DNA of 64,000 bases from an uncultured Nitrososphaerota archaeon (GCA_963842885.1 CAWJIE010000003.1:128001-192000), one strand, 5' to 3'; shown: positions 54,248 to 64,000, counted from the first letter of the stretch. Translations and numbers: made by a program. The notes: generated by a model from the sequence alone, not told the origin.

Positions 54248-54412
54248 CTCATGACGCGGCGGAGCCCTTGGTTATATCAATCTGTGCCTTGGAGGCCTTG
54301 ACATGGGAGCCGACCCCATCCCAGTGATAATCCCTTGGAGGGAGAGCTCAGAATCTGGGCCCACGCACGGCTATGCCATGACATCAGCTTGTGAGCAGGA
54401 ATCCTGGCGAAC

Positions 54413-54586
54413 CTAGAGGCCCTTGAACCCGTCCACGGCGCGCTTCTTCAAGTCGGCGAGCTGGCCCTCGGCATCCGCGCTGAACTCCTTCGCCTTGGAT
54501 TCTATCTTCTCGCGGGCCTCGGCGAAGGCCTTCATCTCCTTCGCCTTCCTGCGCTCCTCTGCCATCGCCCTTGCTTCCGAGCTCAA
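54413..54586 (-). CDS. Short charged helical protein, possibly A-ATPase subunit H/G-like (not in ORF track)
   Basis: TTG overlaps the atpD stop; MAEERRKAKEMKAFAEAREKIESKAKEFSADAEGQLADLKKRA. Confidence 0.5.
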   Translation of the reverse strand: MSSEARAMAEERRKAKEMKAFAEAREKIESKAKEFSADAEGQLADLKKRAVDGFKGL

Positions 54587-55219
54587 GCCGCCTGCCTCCG
54601 CCTCTCCAGCACCCGCTTGACGCTCTTAAGCCTTACAAACTCCTCCCTGTCGCGCTCCTCGAGGGTCGACGCGATGAACCTGATCTGGGCCTCGTACTGC
54701 GGGATTATGATGAATTCGAGAGCGTTGATGGTGCGCTGGGTCTTCTCGATTTCGCTGACCAGCCTGAAGATCACGTTCTCGATCTCGGCCGCCTTCAGTA
54801 TGCTGGGGAGAAGCGAAGTCAGGTAGGAGTAGGCCTCGTCCAGCGAATATGAGGTATCGCCGAAGCCATAGGGGCGGAGGACCTCCTTGAAGTTCAGCGT
54901 CAGTGACGGGACGTCGACGTCGACTATCCTCTTGACGTTGACCAATGACGTTCGCGGCGGGGGGCGCCGACTTCGCGGTGGCCTCCAGGCGCATGGCGCC
55001 CATTTCAACGTAGGCCTCGTAGAGGAAGTCGTATCCCTTGAGTATGGAGGCGTTGAGGCTCCTGTTGGCCTTGGACGCCTCCTCCACGTACTCGTTGAGC
55101 TTCTTGAGAAGCACCTCCCGCTTGTCGTCCAAGATGTCGTGAATCTTCTTGGTCATGACCAGCGAGCGCCGGAGCCTGATGAGCTCCAGTTTCGTGGGCT
55201 GGATCTTCTGGCTGGACAT
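54583..55219 (-). CDS. atpD: A/V-type ATP synthase subunit D (indels)
   Basis: PTKLELIRL...LDDKREVL and EIEKTQRTINALE...LEERDRE. Confidence 0.92.
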
Positions 55220-55225
55220 CTCCCT

Positions 55226-56632
55226 CTACTGCTTCTCCCTGTAGTACTTCGCCAGGTTCTCCGTCTTGATCTTGGTGAGCTCGCGTTCCGGCAGGATGGA
55301 GAGCACTTCGTTCCATGCGATGGCCATGCTCTCGTCCAAGGTCCTGGATTCGTCGTAACTCTGCATGAGGAACTTGTTCTCGAAGGAGTCGGCGAAGTCG
55401 AGGTACCTCAGGTCCACGGGTGCCAGCCCGGCCTTGCCTACGATGCCCACGAGGGCGCGCAGCTCCTGCGCCCTGGAGTATGAATCGTACATCTGGTTGC
55501 TCACCTCGGCGTGGTCCGGCCTCGTCTTCCCTTCGCCTATGCCGTCCTTCATGAGCCTGCTCAGGCTGGAGAGGACCTGGACCGGCGGGTAGATGCCCTT
55601 CCTGAAGAGCTCCCTGTCGAGGACCACCTGGCCTTCGGTGATGTAGCCGGTCAGGTCGGGTATGGGGTGGGTGATGTCGTCGCTTGGCATGCTAAGTATG
55701 GGCAGCTGAGTGATGCTCCCGGTCTTGCCCTTGATCCTGCCAGCCCGCTCGTAGATGGTGGAGAAGTCGGTGTAGAGGTACCCGGGGTATCCCTTCCTTC
55801 CTGGGACCTCCTCCCTTGCGGCGCTGATCTCTCTGAGGGCTTCGGCGTAGTTGGTCATGTCGGTCAGTATGACGAGGACGTGAAGGTTGCCAGTGAAGGC
55901 GAGGTATTCGGCCGCCGTCAGGGCCACCTTGGGGGTGATGATCCTTTCGATGGCGGGGTCGCTGGCCAGGTTGAGGAACAGGACGCTTCTCTTCATGGCC
56001 CCCGTCTCCTCCAGGGCCTTCCTGAAGAACGAGGCCTCGTCGTTCTGCACGCCGACGGCGGCGAAGACGACGGCGAAGTCCTGACCCTTGCCCTTGACCG
56101 AAGCTTGGCGTGCTATCTGGGCCGCGAGGAGGTTGTGGGGCATCCCTGCGCCCGAAAAGATGGGGAGCTTTTGGCCCCTGACAAGTGTTAGCATCGCGTC
56201 GATGACCGAGACGCCCGTCTGGATGAAGTCGATGGGGTAGTCCCTCATGTACGGGTTCATGGGCGAGCCGTTGACATCGCGGAACTCCTCCCCCAGCGGG
56301 GGCGGGAGCCCGTCCAAAGGCTGCCCGAGGCCGTCGAAGACCCTGCCAAGGAGCTCCATGGAGACGGGCATCTCCATGGGCTTGCCGAGGAACTTGACCT
56401 GAGTGCCACTGGTGGATATGCCCGAGGTCCCGGAGAAGACCTGGATGACGGCCCTGCCGCCGCCCACTTCCAGGACCCTACCAAGCCTCTTCGAGCCTGG
56501 CCCCAGTTCCACTTCCACCAGCTCGTCGTAAGAGACCTGGCCGACCCCTTCGACTATCAGGAGCGGGCCCCTCAATTCCGCCACGTCGGAGTACTCGACT
56601 CCGCCGCTTCTCTTAGGCTGCAATCTGGGCAA
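55226..56632 (-). CDS. atpB: A/V-type ATP synthase subunit B
   Basis: [10 protein letters not shown] and [13 protein letters not shown]. Confidence 0.97.
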   Translation of the reverse strand: MPRLQPKRSGGVEYSDVAELRGPLLIVEGVGQVSYDELVEVELGPGSKRLGRVLEVGGGRAVIQVFSGTSGISTSGTQVKFLGKPMEMPVSMELLGRVFDGLGQPLDGLPPPLGEEFRDVNGSPMNPYMRDYPIDFIQTGVSVIDAMLTLVRGQKLPIFSGAGMPHNLLAAQIARQASVKGKGQDFAVVFAAVGVQNDEASFFRKALEETGAMKRSVLFLNLASDPAIERIITPKVALTAAEYLAFTGNLHVLVILTDMTNYAEALREISAAREEVPGRKGYPGYLYTDFSTIYERAGRIKGKTGSITQLPILSMPSDDITHPIPDLTGYITEGQVVLDRELFRKGIYPPVQVLSSLSRLMKDGIGEGKTRPDHAEVSNQMYDSYSRAQELRALVGIVGKAGLAPVDLRYLDFADSFENKFLMQSYDESRTLDESMAIAWNEVLSILPERELTKIKTENLAKYYREKQ

Positions 56633-58397
56633 CTCCTTGAGGCAAGAGGGCTTTGAAAGCCGCGTCCATCTCCTTGGTGAGGTCGTCTATCCTGAAGATC
56701 TCGTCGTCCTTGATTTCGAAACGGGCACGCATGATCTTGGATATGACGGGCAGGGCGCGGATCGACTGGAGCGGGACCCCCGCCTTCAGAGACTCGCCGG
56801 CCTCCTTGTAGAAGCCGACGATGAGCTTCAGCAGCGCCACCTGCCTCTTGGGGTTGGTGTAGCTGTCTACGGGGTCGTAGGCCGTCTGCTGGAGGAAGCC
56901 TATCTTGATTATCCTGGCGACGTCAAGGATGAGCTTCTCCTCGTCGGGAAGGACCTCGGGGCCTAGGAGGCGGACGATCTCCTTCAGCGTGTCTTCCCGC
57001 TGCAGGATCTGATATGCCTCCAGGCGCAGGCTGTACCAATCCTTGTCAACGTTCGCGCTCCACCATGGGGCCACCTTGTCCAGGAAGCCGGAGTAACTCG
57101 TCATCCAGTTGATGGCCGGATAGTGCCTGGAGTAGGCAAGCTTCGTGTCCAGCCCCCAGAAGGTCCTGATGAACCTCATGGTGTGCGTGGTCACGGGCTC
57201 CGTGAAATCTCCCCCGCTGGGCGAGACGGCCCCGACCAGGCTGATGGAGCCCGACCTGGCGGGCGTGCCATAGGTGTTCACACGGCCCGCCCGCTCGTAG
57301 AACTCGGCCAGCCTTGAAGCCAGGTACGAAGGATATCCTTCCTCCGCAGGCATCTCCTCCAGCCTGCCGCTTATCTCCCTCAGAGCCTCCGCCCACCTGC
57401 TGGTGGAATCCGCCAGCATGACCACGTCGTAGCCCATGTCCCTGTAGTACTCCGCGAGGGTGGCGCCGGTGTAGATGCTCGCCTCTCGGGCGGCCACGGG
57501 CATGTTGCTGGTGTTGGCGACCAGGACTGTCCTCTGCATCAGGGGCTTCCCTGAGTAGGGATCGATGAGCTGGGGGAACTCCTTGAGCACTTCGGTCATC
57601 TCGTTGCCCCTCTCTCCGCAGCCGACGTAGACCACCACCTTGGTGTCGGCCCAGGAGGCTATCTGGTGGCTCATGACCGTCTTGCCCGTCCCGAAGCCTC
57701 CGGGGATGGCGGCTGCGCCCCCCTTGGCCAGAGGGAAGAAGGTGTCGATGACCCTCTGACCGGTTATGAGCGGAATCTCGGGCTCGAGGCGCTGCTTGTA
57801 AGGCCTCGGCCGTCGCACGGGCCAGTAATGATACATCTTCAGCGGGGTCCTGGCACCGTTGTCGATTGTGACGATCTCATGTTCGATATCGTAGTCGCCT
57901 TCGGGCTCGGCGCTCTTTACGACGCCGGCCTTGACATCAGGGGGGACCATCACACGGTGCTCCACAGTGGAGGTTTCGTTGACGGTCCCGAGGATGGTGC
58001 CTGGCTCGACCTCGTCGCCAGCCTTCACCTTGGGCAGGACGTGCCACTTGACGTTCTTGGGGAGGGAGAAGGCGTTGACGCCTCTCTTGATGTACGCGCC
58101 GGAGGCTGCTGCCAGCTCAGGGAGCGGCCTCTGAAGGCCATCGTAGATCTGGCTCATTATGCCCGGGCCCAGCGTGACGGAGAGGGGCATGCCCGTCCCT
58201 ATTACGGGCTCTCCAGGATGAAGGCCGCTCGTCGATTCGTAGACCTGGACGAACGCGACATCCCCCGTGACCTTGATGACTTCGCCCACCAGCTTGTCTT
58301 CGCCGACGCTGACCGTCTCGGCCATCTTGACCTCGGACATGCCGTCGGCCTTAACCGCGGGGCCGCTGATCCATACTATCTTGCCTTTGGCCACCAA
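56613..58397 (-). CDS. atpA: A/V-type ATP synthase subunit A
   Basis: [15 protein letters not shown] and [13 protein letters not shown]. Confidence 0.97.
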   Translation of the reverse strand: MVAKGKIVWISGPAVKADGMSEVKMAETVSVGEDKLVGEVIKVTGDVAFVQVYESTSGLHPGEPVIGTGMPLSVTLGPGIMSQIYDGLQRPLPELAAASGAYIKRGVNAFSLPKNVKWHVLPKVKAGDEVEPGTILGTVNETSTVEHRVMVPPDVKAGVVKSAEPEGDYDIEHEIVTIDNGARTPLKMYHYWPVRRPRPYKQRLEPEIPLITGQRVIDTFFPLAKGGAAAIPGGFGTGKTVMSHQIASWADTKVVVYVGCGERGNEMTEVLKEFPQLIDPYSGKPLMQRTVLVANTSNMPVAAREASIYTGATLAEYYRDMGYDVVMLADSTSRWAEALREISGRLEEMPAEEGYPSYLASRLAEFYERAGRVNTYGTPARSGSISLVGAVSPSGGDFTEPVTTHTMRFIRTFWGLDTKLAYSRHYPAINWMTSYSGFLDKVAPWWSANVDKDWYSLRLEAYQILQREDTLKEIVRLLGPEVLPDEEKLILDVARIIKIGFLQQTAYDPVDSYTNPKRQVALLKLIVGFYKEAGESLKAGVPLQSIRALPVISKIMRARFEIKDDEIFRIDDLTKEMDAAFKALLPQGVAQIAA

Positions 58398-58399
58398 AT

Positions 58400-59026
58400 C
58401 TACCTACGCTCCTTGAAGAACCGTTCATAAACCCTTTTCCGTATGCTGAGCTTCATCCTTTCAAGCCTCGCCTCAAACGTGCTGTTAAACTCTATACTTC
58501 CGTCCTTGCTGACTATGATGAAGCCGCCGGCGCTGTCGATGTTCTTCTTTGCGATGCTAAGGTCGAAGCCATGGAACTCCTTGGCGACATCTTTGAGGGC
58601 CGCCGACAGGGAGGACCTGTCTCCGTCAGGACAAGAGAGTGTGTATACGCCGGGATCCAGCTCTTGCAGAGACTCCCGGAGAAGCTTCACAAGGGCCCTC
58701 TCATAGCGAGCGTCGCGTGGCGCCGAGCGCACTGCGGCCAAGGCGTCGATCACGATGCCTTCGAAGAAGCTCTCGAACGCTGATAGCTGAGCGTTCCTGG
58801 CCTGGAGCTCGGCGGAGCCCAGGATCTTCCTCTTGACATTTTCAGCCTGCTTTCTTCCTTCGAGCATAGACTCCTTGTACTTCTCTGAAGCCCTCTGCTC
58901 GTAGTCTTCGACTAGCTTCAGGGAGGAGGCCAAGGCCTCGTCGAGGAGAGCCTTGAGCGAAGCCGATTCTTCGTTCAGGACCTTTCCGACGGTCGCTTCT
59001 ACCGCATTGCTCGACAATTTACACAC
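58400..59026 (-). CDS. atpE: A/V-type ATP synthase subunit E
   Basis: Coiled-coil N-terminus, [10 protein letters not shown]...NSTFEARL; operon position. Confidence 0.88.
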   Translation of the reverse strand: MCKLSSNAVEATVGKVLNEESASLKALLDEALASSLKLVEDYEQRASEKYKESMLEGRKQAENVKRKILGSAELQARNAQLSAFESFFEGIVIDALAAVRSAPRDARYERALVKLLRESLQELDPGVYTLSCPDGDRSSLSAALKDVAKEFHGFDLSIAKKNIDSAGGFIIVSKDGSIEFNSTFEARLERMKLSIRKRVYERFFKERR

Positions 59027-59322
59027 TACACCCCCAGCATGGCTCTAAGAACTTTGCTGTATTCGGTCTCCTCGGCCTTGGCGCCCGGGGTCAGGATTTC
59101 GTATATGAGCGGGACGGCTCGCTTCTTCCTATAATATGCGAGCTTCAACCTGATGGCGGCCGAAAGGTCAGAACCGAGGAGGACGAGCCCGATGCCTTCA
59201 GTCTTGAAAAGACGGTCGACAGCGGCGAGCATCTCTGACGCGGTATCCACTTCGATCCCATCGACGCCCACGAGGCGGAAGGCGGTGACGAACGGCCGCT
59301 TCCCTACGGCGACGACCTTCAT
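59026..59322 (-). CDS. atpF: A/V-type ATP synthase subunit F
   Basis: MKVVAVG...TAFRLVGVDG. Confidence 0.9.
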   Translation of the reverse strand: MKVVAVGKRPFVTAFRLVGVDGIEVDTASEMLAAVDRLFKTEGIGLVLLGSDLSAAIRLKLAYYRKKRAVPLIYEILTPGAKAEETEYSKVLRAMLGV

Positions 59323-59478
59323 TGGCTCAAAATGCCAACCACATGTGATTTAAGCATTTGCGCTCACGTTCCACGTGAAGACGGAGTTGATCGCCTTCTC
59401 GGCTGACCCCATCGAATCGGGCTCGCCCGGGTCCGTCATTCTGAAATAGGCCGCTCGTCCACTGGAGTATGGGGAAGA

Positions 59479-59739
59479 ATGAGATTCACTAGGCTGGTTT
59501 GGGTCGCCTCCGCGTTGGTCGGCTTGGCTGCCACCTACGCCCTTTCCTACGTCTCGACCCCCATGCTCTTCCCGGTCGTCGGCGTTCAGCAGTTCGGCGT
59601 CCCTGCGCCCGTCTACGCAGCACCGGTGTACCCGAACGCCAGCCTTAGAATGGTGCCCGCGGGGATCATAGTGGACTTCCTCTTCTGGTTCGTCCTGAGC
59701 GTCGCCATCCTGGCCGTCGCCGCCGGTTGGAGAAGGTAG
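59479..59739 (+). CDS. Small 2-TM membrane protein
   Basis: Hydrophobic; FGVP...IIVDFLFWF. Confidence 0.6.
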   Translation: MRFTRLVWVASALVGLAATYALSYVSTPMLFPVVGVQQFGVPAPVYAAPVYPNASLRMVPAGIIVDFLFWFVLSVAILAVAAGWRR

Positions 59740-59765
59740 CCAAGCCTAGCCCGAACAACGTCTGC

Positions 59766-60371
59766 CTATCGCTCGGACCGGCCGTATGCCTCGTAGAAGA
59801 CCTGTTGCGTTGTGGGCTTCCTCCCCCTCTTGAGCGAGGGGGACCTCTTGTCAGGAAGAGGATGGCCTATCGAAATGGTCCCGACAGGGTGTTGGTCCTC
59901 CGGGATCCCTAGTATCCTCCTGATCGCGACGGGGTCGGGGGCTCCGGCGAAGGTGGCAGCGAGACCACGGTCAACGGCGGCCAGAAGGACGATCATGCAG
60001 CCGGCCCCGATGTCGAAGTACCAGTACGGGACTGGCCACTCGATCTCCTTCCCGTCAGGACCAAGTTTGTCGGGCTCGCGGTAACGGTCGTGGTAGACCT
60101 TCTCGCTGACGCAGGGGACGACCAACACAGGCGAGGCCGAGATGAACGAATCGAACCCCGCATCGACGTAGCCCGACTCGCCTTGAGCTTCCGCCAACTT
60201 CCTCTTCGTGGCTTCGTCTCTGACCACGACGTAGCAGGAACCTTGGCTGAAGCCCGCGCTGGGCGCGTGAAGTGCTAGCCCCAAGATGGCGTCGATGTCA
60301 TCGTCGGGGACCTCCTCGTCCGAGAAGTGCCTGACCATCCTCCTCTTTAAGACGACCGACTGGAATTCCAT
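59766..60371 (-). CDS. Nitroreductase family protein
   Basis: KRRMVRHF, APSAGFSQ, LLAAVDRGL and LGIP. Confidence 0.9.
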   Translation of the reverse strand: MEFQSVVLKRRMVRHFSDEEVPDDDIDAILGLALHAPSAGFSQGSCYVVVRDEATKRKLAEAQGESGYVDAGFDSFISASPVLVVPCVSEKVYHDRYREPDKLGPDGKEIEWPVPYWYFDIGAGCMIVLLAAVDRGLAATFAGAPDPVAIRRILGIPEDQHPVGTISIGHPLPDKRSPSLKRGRKPTTQQVFYEAYGRSER

Positions 60372-60603
60372 GGAGTTCTCGGCTAGGGGGAAGCTCGGCA
60401 GCAGATAAGAATTGGCTGCGTTCCAGCGGTTGGAGGGATCACTAGGCATCCGTTTGGGTCCTGTTCGCCATGGACCTGCCCTGGAGTCGACCCAACGAAG
60501 CCCGAAGGAGTCCCCACCCATCGAGATAGGAGACTCCCTCGGTCTTGCCGCTCCTGGAGGGTCAGGGCCGTCCCGAGCCGGCTATTGGACAAGGCTCTAA
60601 TAT

Positions 60604-60982
60604 GTGAAGCCCGTAGCTCGCTTTGTGGTAGTCAACCTATTCACGTCGAACTACGTCCCGGGATGCAAGGTGGACAAGGTCGTTGGGCTCGTCTACGGGA
60701 TAACGGTGAGGTCGAGAGGCATCGGCGGGAACATCATGGCCGGCCTCAGGACGCTTGGCGGAGGAGAGATACACGAGTACACCGAGCTGGCGCACCAGGC
60801 AAGGCAGCAGGCACTGGACAGGCTGTCCCAGCAGGCTGAGACCCTCGGCGCCAACGCCGTGATCAGCGTGATGTTCGACTCTACCGAGATCGGTCACGAC
60901 CATGGACGAGATAATCGCCTTCGGTACAGCTGTCGTCGTTTCGCCCGTGGCAGACGGCCAGCAGTTCGTCAGGCTGAGCTAG
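60604..60982 (+). CDS. YbjQ/UPF0145 family protein (indel at about 60897)
   Basis: GLVYGITVRSR, GGEIHEYT, LGANAVI and FGTAV. Confidence 0.88.
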
Positions 60983-61143
60983 GCCCGAAGGCTTCGACGA
61001 CCGGCACCACTCTCGTAGGCAGGCCTATCCGTGATGCTTCGCGAAGGAGCTCCTGGGTTGGAAGATAGGGCTGCAGTGGTGTCACTTCAGGGATCCACAA
61101 TGCAGCCTGTGTGTGCAGGCTGACGTCTGGGAAAAGCTGCAAG

Positions 61144-61230
61144 TGAACGTACCTGTGAAATAAGGCCCTTTCGCAGGTCCAAGCCCACGTCCAAGAACGG
61201 CGGTTGAAGACATCGTTATTCTCTTCCAGC
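61144..61230 (-). repeat. Dispersed repeat, complete A+B copy, interrupted at the A core by the IS
   Basis: Reverse complement: GCTGGAAGAGAATAACGATGTCTTCAACCGCCGTTCTTGGACGTGGGCTTGGACCTGCGAAAGGGCCTTATTTCACAGGTACGTTCA. Confidence 0.85.
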
Positions 61231-61292
61231 ACTCATGAAAGACGCCCTATGGGCGGGCTTCCTAAAGCCTGCCTTCCGCCAGCGACGCTGTG

Positions 61293-62336
61293 TCAGGCGT
61301 CCATGGATTTGAGCTTTGTCTTGTACCTCTCCCTGTTCGTGGACTCGTACTCCTCCCTTCTCGTGAGCATGAACCAGACGATCTTCAGCATCTTGTTGGC
61401 CACGGCTACTACGGCCTTCTGGTCGCCTCTCCTCTCCTTCACCCGCTCGTAGAAGGACCTCAGCCTCGGGTCGTGCATCGATGCAGACCTCGCCGCCTCC
61501 ACCATGATCCATCGGAGCATCTTGGAGCCCTGCTTCGTTATGGCTCCGTGATACTCCACGGAGCCCGATTGGTGGAGAGAGGGCGCCAGCCCCGCCCAGG
61601 AAACGAGCTTCTTGTAGTTGGGGAACCTCTTGATGTCCCCTATCTCGGACCTTATGAGGAGGGCCGAGAAGACGTCCACCCCCGTCAGGCTCAGGAGCAG
61701 CCTCACGTCCTCGTCCTGTGACGCCCTCTCCGTGATCCTGTCGTCCACCCTGGAGATCTGCCCGTCCAGGCTCTCCAGGTGGGCCAGGTGGTTGTCCAGC
61801 ATGAGCCTGTCCATGGGAGGGAGCTCCAGCGACCTCAGCCACCCCACTCCTCCCTTCCCGAACAGGTCGGAGAAGTCATGCTTCAGGCCGTTCCTGTCGA
61901 CCATCGCGTGAACCCTGTTCTTCACCATGGTGCGCACCCTCACTATGGAGGCCCTGTGCCTGATGAGCTCCCTCATCTCCCTGACATCCTTGGGAGGGAC
62001 GTAGCTCTCGGGTATGAGATCGGCCCTCAGCAGATGCGCCAGTATCCTTGCGTCCACTTTGTCGCTCTTTATCCTCGCCCACGCTATGGCCTTGGTCTTC
62101 GAAGGGGAGGCCAACACGGTCGCGACGTGCATGGAATCGAGCCTCTCGTATATGCTTAGCCAGTAAGCCCCCGTCGACTCCATGACCACCCTGTCGTCCA
62201 TGGTGAGCGTCGCCGCTAGGGAGGATATCCCCTCATGGTCGTTGTCGAAGCCGAACTCGTCCACTACGGCCCCGTGCTCGTCCATCATGGAGACCCTGCA
62301 TCTCGTCTTGCCCACGTCTATTCCCACGTACTTCAT
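61293..62336 (-). CDS. IS110-family recombinase/transposase
   Basis: YVGIDVGK, VVMESTG and KSDKVDA (DEDD RuvC-like); GLAPSLHQSG catalytic Ser region. Confidence 0.96.
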   Translation of the reverse strand: MKYVGIDVGKTRCRVSMMDEHGAVVDEFGFDNDHEGISSLAATLTMDDRVVMESTGAYWLSIYERLDSMHVATVLASPSKTKAIAWARIKSDKVDARILAHLLRADLIPESYVPPKDVREMRELIRHRASIVRVRTMVKNRVHAMVDRNGLKHDFSDLFGKGGVGWLRSLELPPMDRLMLDNHLAHLESLDGQISRVDDRITERASQDEDVRLLLSLTGVDVFSALLIRSEIGDIKRFPNYKKLVSWAGLAPSLHQSGSVEYHGAITKQGSKMLRWIMVEAARSASMHDPRLRSFYERVKERRGDQKAVVAVANKMLKIVWFMLTRREEYESTNRERYKTKLKSMDA

Positions 62337-62349
62337 CTTTTCACCTCCT

Positions 62350-62490
62350 TCGTACGCAGCTGGCATCGGGCTGCATTCACTCATGCGGGCGCGAAGCCCA
62401 CTTCCTTAGCAGCTCAGGATTCGCCCAGTCAGCAACACGGTCGCCAGGACCATGCTGGAAATAGGGCTTGCCAGCCCATACGGTATCAGG
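62350..62490 (-). ncRNA. Putative bridge/seek RNA of the IS110 element (limits approximate)
   Basis: Two stem-loops whose internal loops match the target (TTTCCAGCA, TTGCTG) and the donor junction (TAAGG, CATGAGTG). Confidence 0.7.
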
Positions 62491-62586
62491 GGGCGTCTTT
62501 CATAAGGTCAGCAATAGATGCCCGGATGCCTGTTCGGGATGGTAGAAATAAGAGGAGGTCTACAGGTTCTACAGACTGGGTTCAGG

Positions 62587-63213
62587 ATGGTGAAGAACAG
62601 GACGCTCGTTATTGGCTTATGTGTGCTCGTAGCGGCGTCTGCCTTGGCTTTTGGACTGCTAAGTCAGGAGTATCATCTAGTTGAGAATGCCTCGACACCG
62701 ATGGTCGTTCATTCTCCCGTACACGACGGTCTTGAGCTCACGGCTACGATTGAGCGAGAGGGACAGAACGTCAGCGTCATCGCCGAGGTTAACAATACGC
62801 TATCAACATACCTGCAAGTGAATTCAACTTCCATCGATAATCCTGCCTACGGACCCTGCCAGCAGGGTTTTGCCACGGGGGTAAGAGTCTACATGGGACA
62901 TTATTCGCTCAGCAATCTATCACAAGCTAAGGAACTCTTGCTCTATGACCCATCGTCGCAATACCGCTGCCCGGCATTCTTCACATTTCAGTATACCTTT
63001 TCACCAAATAGCGCAATGGCAACGGTACAAGCAACTCTAGGTGGCTATCAACAGAATGGATCTCGGCTTGTCAGTGAAACGTCGGTTGTCTCGGGTTATT
63101 GGGTCGGCTCTGGGCAGAGTTACATATTCCAGAGATTCCCAGCTGGAGAATATTCGGTTCTCGTCTTCGACGCGTGGGGAGACGAAGCAGTCGGATACTT
63201 CCAAGTCGCCTAG
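62587..63213 (+). CDS. Membrane-anchored secreted hypothetical protein
   Basis: N-terminal TM; beta-rich; FPAGEYSVLVFDAWGD C-terminus. Confidence 0.7.
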   Translation: MVKNRTLVIGLCVLVAASALAFGLLSQEYHLVENASTPMVVHSPVHDGLELTATIEREGQNVSVIAEVNNTLSTYLQVNSTSIDNPAYGPCQQGFATGVRVYMGHYSLSNLSQAKELLLYDPSSQYRCPAFFTFQYTFSPNSAMATVQATLGGYQQNGSRLVSETSVVSGYWVGSGQSYIFQRFPAGEYSVLVFDAWGDEAVGYFQVA

Positions 63214-63323
63214 TCTTTGCACCGCGAACTTGACCAAGCGCACCTACGCAACGGACTGAATTGAGGACATCGTAATTCCTTCCGGCATCAACAGATATCC
63301 AAATGCATCTTCCAGTGGCTCTC

Positions 63324-63345
63324 ATTCACAGGTCCGAGCCCATGT
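63324..63345 (-). repeat. Dispersed repeat, half B copy
   Basis: Reverse complement: ACATGGGCTCGGACCTGTGAAT. Confidence 0.6.
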
Positions 63346-63526
63346 AATAGGGCCACTGCCTGAAACCGACTCCAGCCGAACCATAACAAGACTGGGTTTG
63401 TCTAAGGAGCCACTCCAATGCCTCCCCAAAAGCGACTAGTACTGTTTGCCTAAGCTACAGGTTGGGCAAACTTAAAAACCACCCACCTGAATGGCTAGGT
63501 GCATCAAGGATTTCGGTGAAACTCGT

Positions 63527-64000
63527 TTGTCTAAGCCAGATATCAACGTGGCGGACGAAGAGGGTAGCAGCGACAAGCTCATCACTACACAGCTGTCCGA
63601 GAAGACCCTGATATCCACTGGAATCAGGATCGGGACGACCGTGAAGACCAAGTACATGGAGGGCTACATCGCCCGCAGCAGGCCAGATGGCCTCCATCTC
63701 ATAGACATGAACAAGACACTCAACAGGATCGAGGTGGCGGGCAAGTTCATCGCTCGCTTTCCGGCCAACAGGGTCGTCATCTATACGTCCCGGGACTTCG
63801 GGAGGACACCCATTCAGAAGTTCTGCGAGGTCACAGGCTGCGTGGCGGTCACCGGCCGTTTCATGCCCGGCACCTTTACGAACCCCCAGCTCCCGGTCTA
63901 CAGGGACGCCGACCTCCTTCTGGTCGTCGACCCCGCCTTGGACCACCAGGCCATTATTGAAGCTTCAGCGACAGGCTTCCCCGTGATCTCCGTCGCCGAC
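63527..64000 (+). CDS. rps2: 30S ribosomal protein uS2 (runs off the window)
   Basis: TGIRIGTTVKTKYM, GRFMPGTFTNP and DPALDHQAI; GGTGA before TTG. Confidence 0.95.
   Translation, partial: MSKPDINVADEEGSSDKLITTQLSEKTLISTGIRIGTTVKTKYMEGYIARSRPDGLHLIDMNKTLNRIEVAGKFIARFPANRVVIYTSRDFGRTPIQKFCEVTGCVAVTGRFMPGTFTNPQLPVYRDADLLLVVDPALDHQAIIEASATGFPVISVAD

Larger units (their letters stand above)
61231..62512 (-). mobile_element. IS110-family insertion sequence with sub-terminal inverted repeats
   Basis: ATGAAAGACGCCC at 61235-61247 and GGGCGTCTTTCAT at 62491-62503; CAGC on both flanks (61227-61230, 62509-62512). Confidence 0.9.

Noticed and set aside
2868-60982. Many frameshifted genes as programmed frameshifting or mass pseudogenisation
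   Set aside because: Single-base indels are scattered through essential genes (atpD, tldD, trxA, dpp) with no shared slippery motif, which is typical of uncorrected long-read errors.
46459-63345. Canonical integron attC sites
   Set aside because: No RYYYAAC...GTTRRRY pairs bracket the hairpin, cargo genes occur in both orientations, and no intI is in the window.

Overview
GC-rich archaeal chromosomal segment. TBP, TFB, Alba, thermosome, A-type ATPase and uS2 sequences, plus DUF3227-like proteins, suggest a non-ammonia-oxidising Nitrososphaerota-like lineage; this is inference. About 15-20 genes carry single-base indels, most likely long-read assembly errors. Core content: UDG, SSADH, a Dpp/Opp ABC operon, a PAS histidine kinase with response regulator, TldD/PmbA, thermosome, IDH/IPMDH, two TBP-TFB pairs in inverted orientation, Alba, atpFEABD and rps2. 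Accessory patches lie at about 0.2-1.2, 38-43, 45.3-52.7 and 61-63.4 kb. The main finding is a dispersed, degenerate, bipartite ~90-bp repeat at the borders of these accessory genes. Half A is TTGCTGGAAARG...ATGTCYTC; half B is CTTGGACGTRGGCTTGG-ACCTGCGAAW-N8-TTTCACAGGT-ACGTTCA. It behaves like a cassette recombination site. An intact IS110-family element is inserted into one copy, and its non-coding end contains guide segments that read directly as matches to this repeat and to its own donor junction (bridge RNA). Also notable: an in-frame fusion of dihydropyrimidine dehydrogenase PreA with a CoxM/XdhB-type FAD subunit, and an ACT-domain regulator with two in-frame TAG codons.
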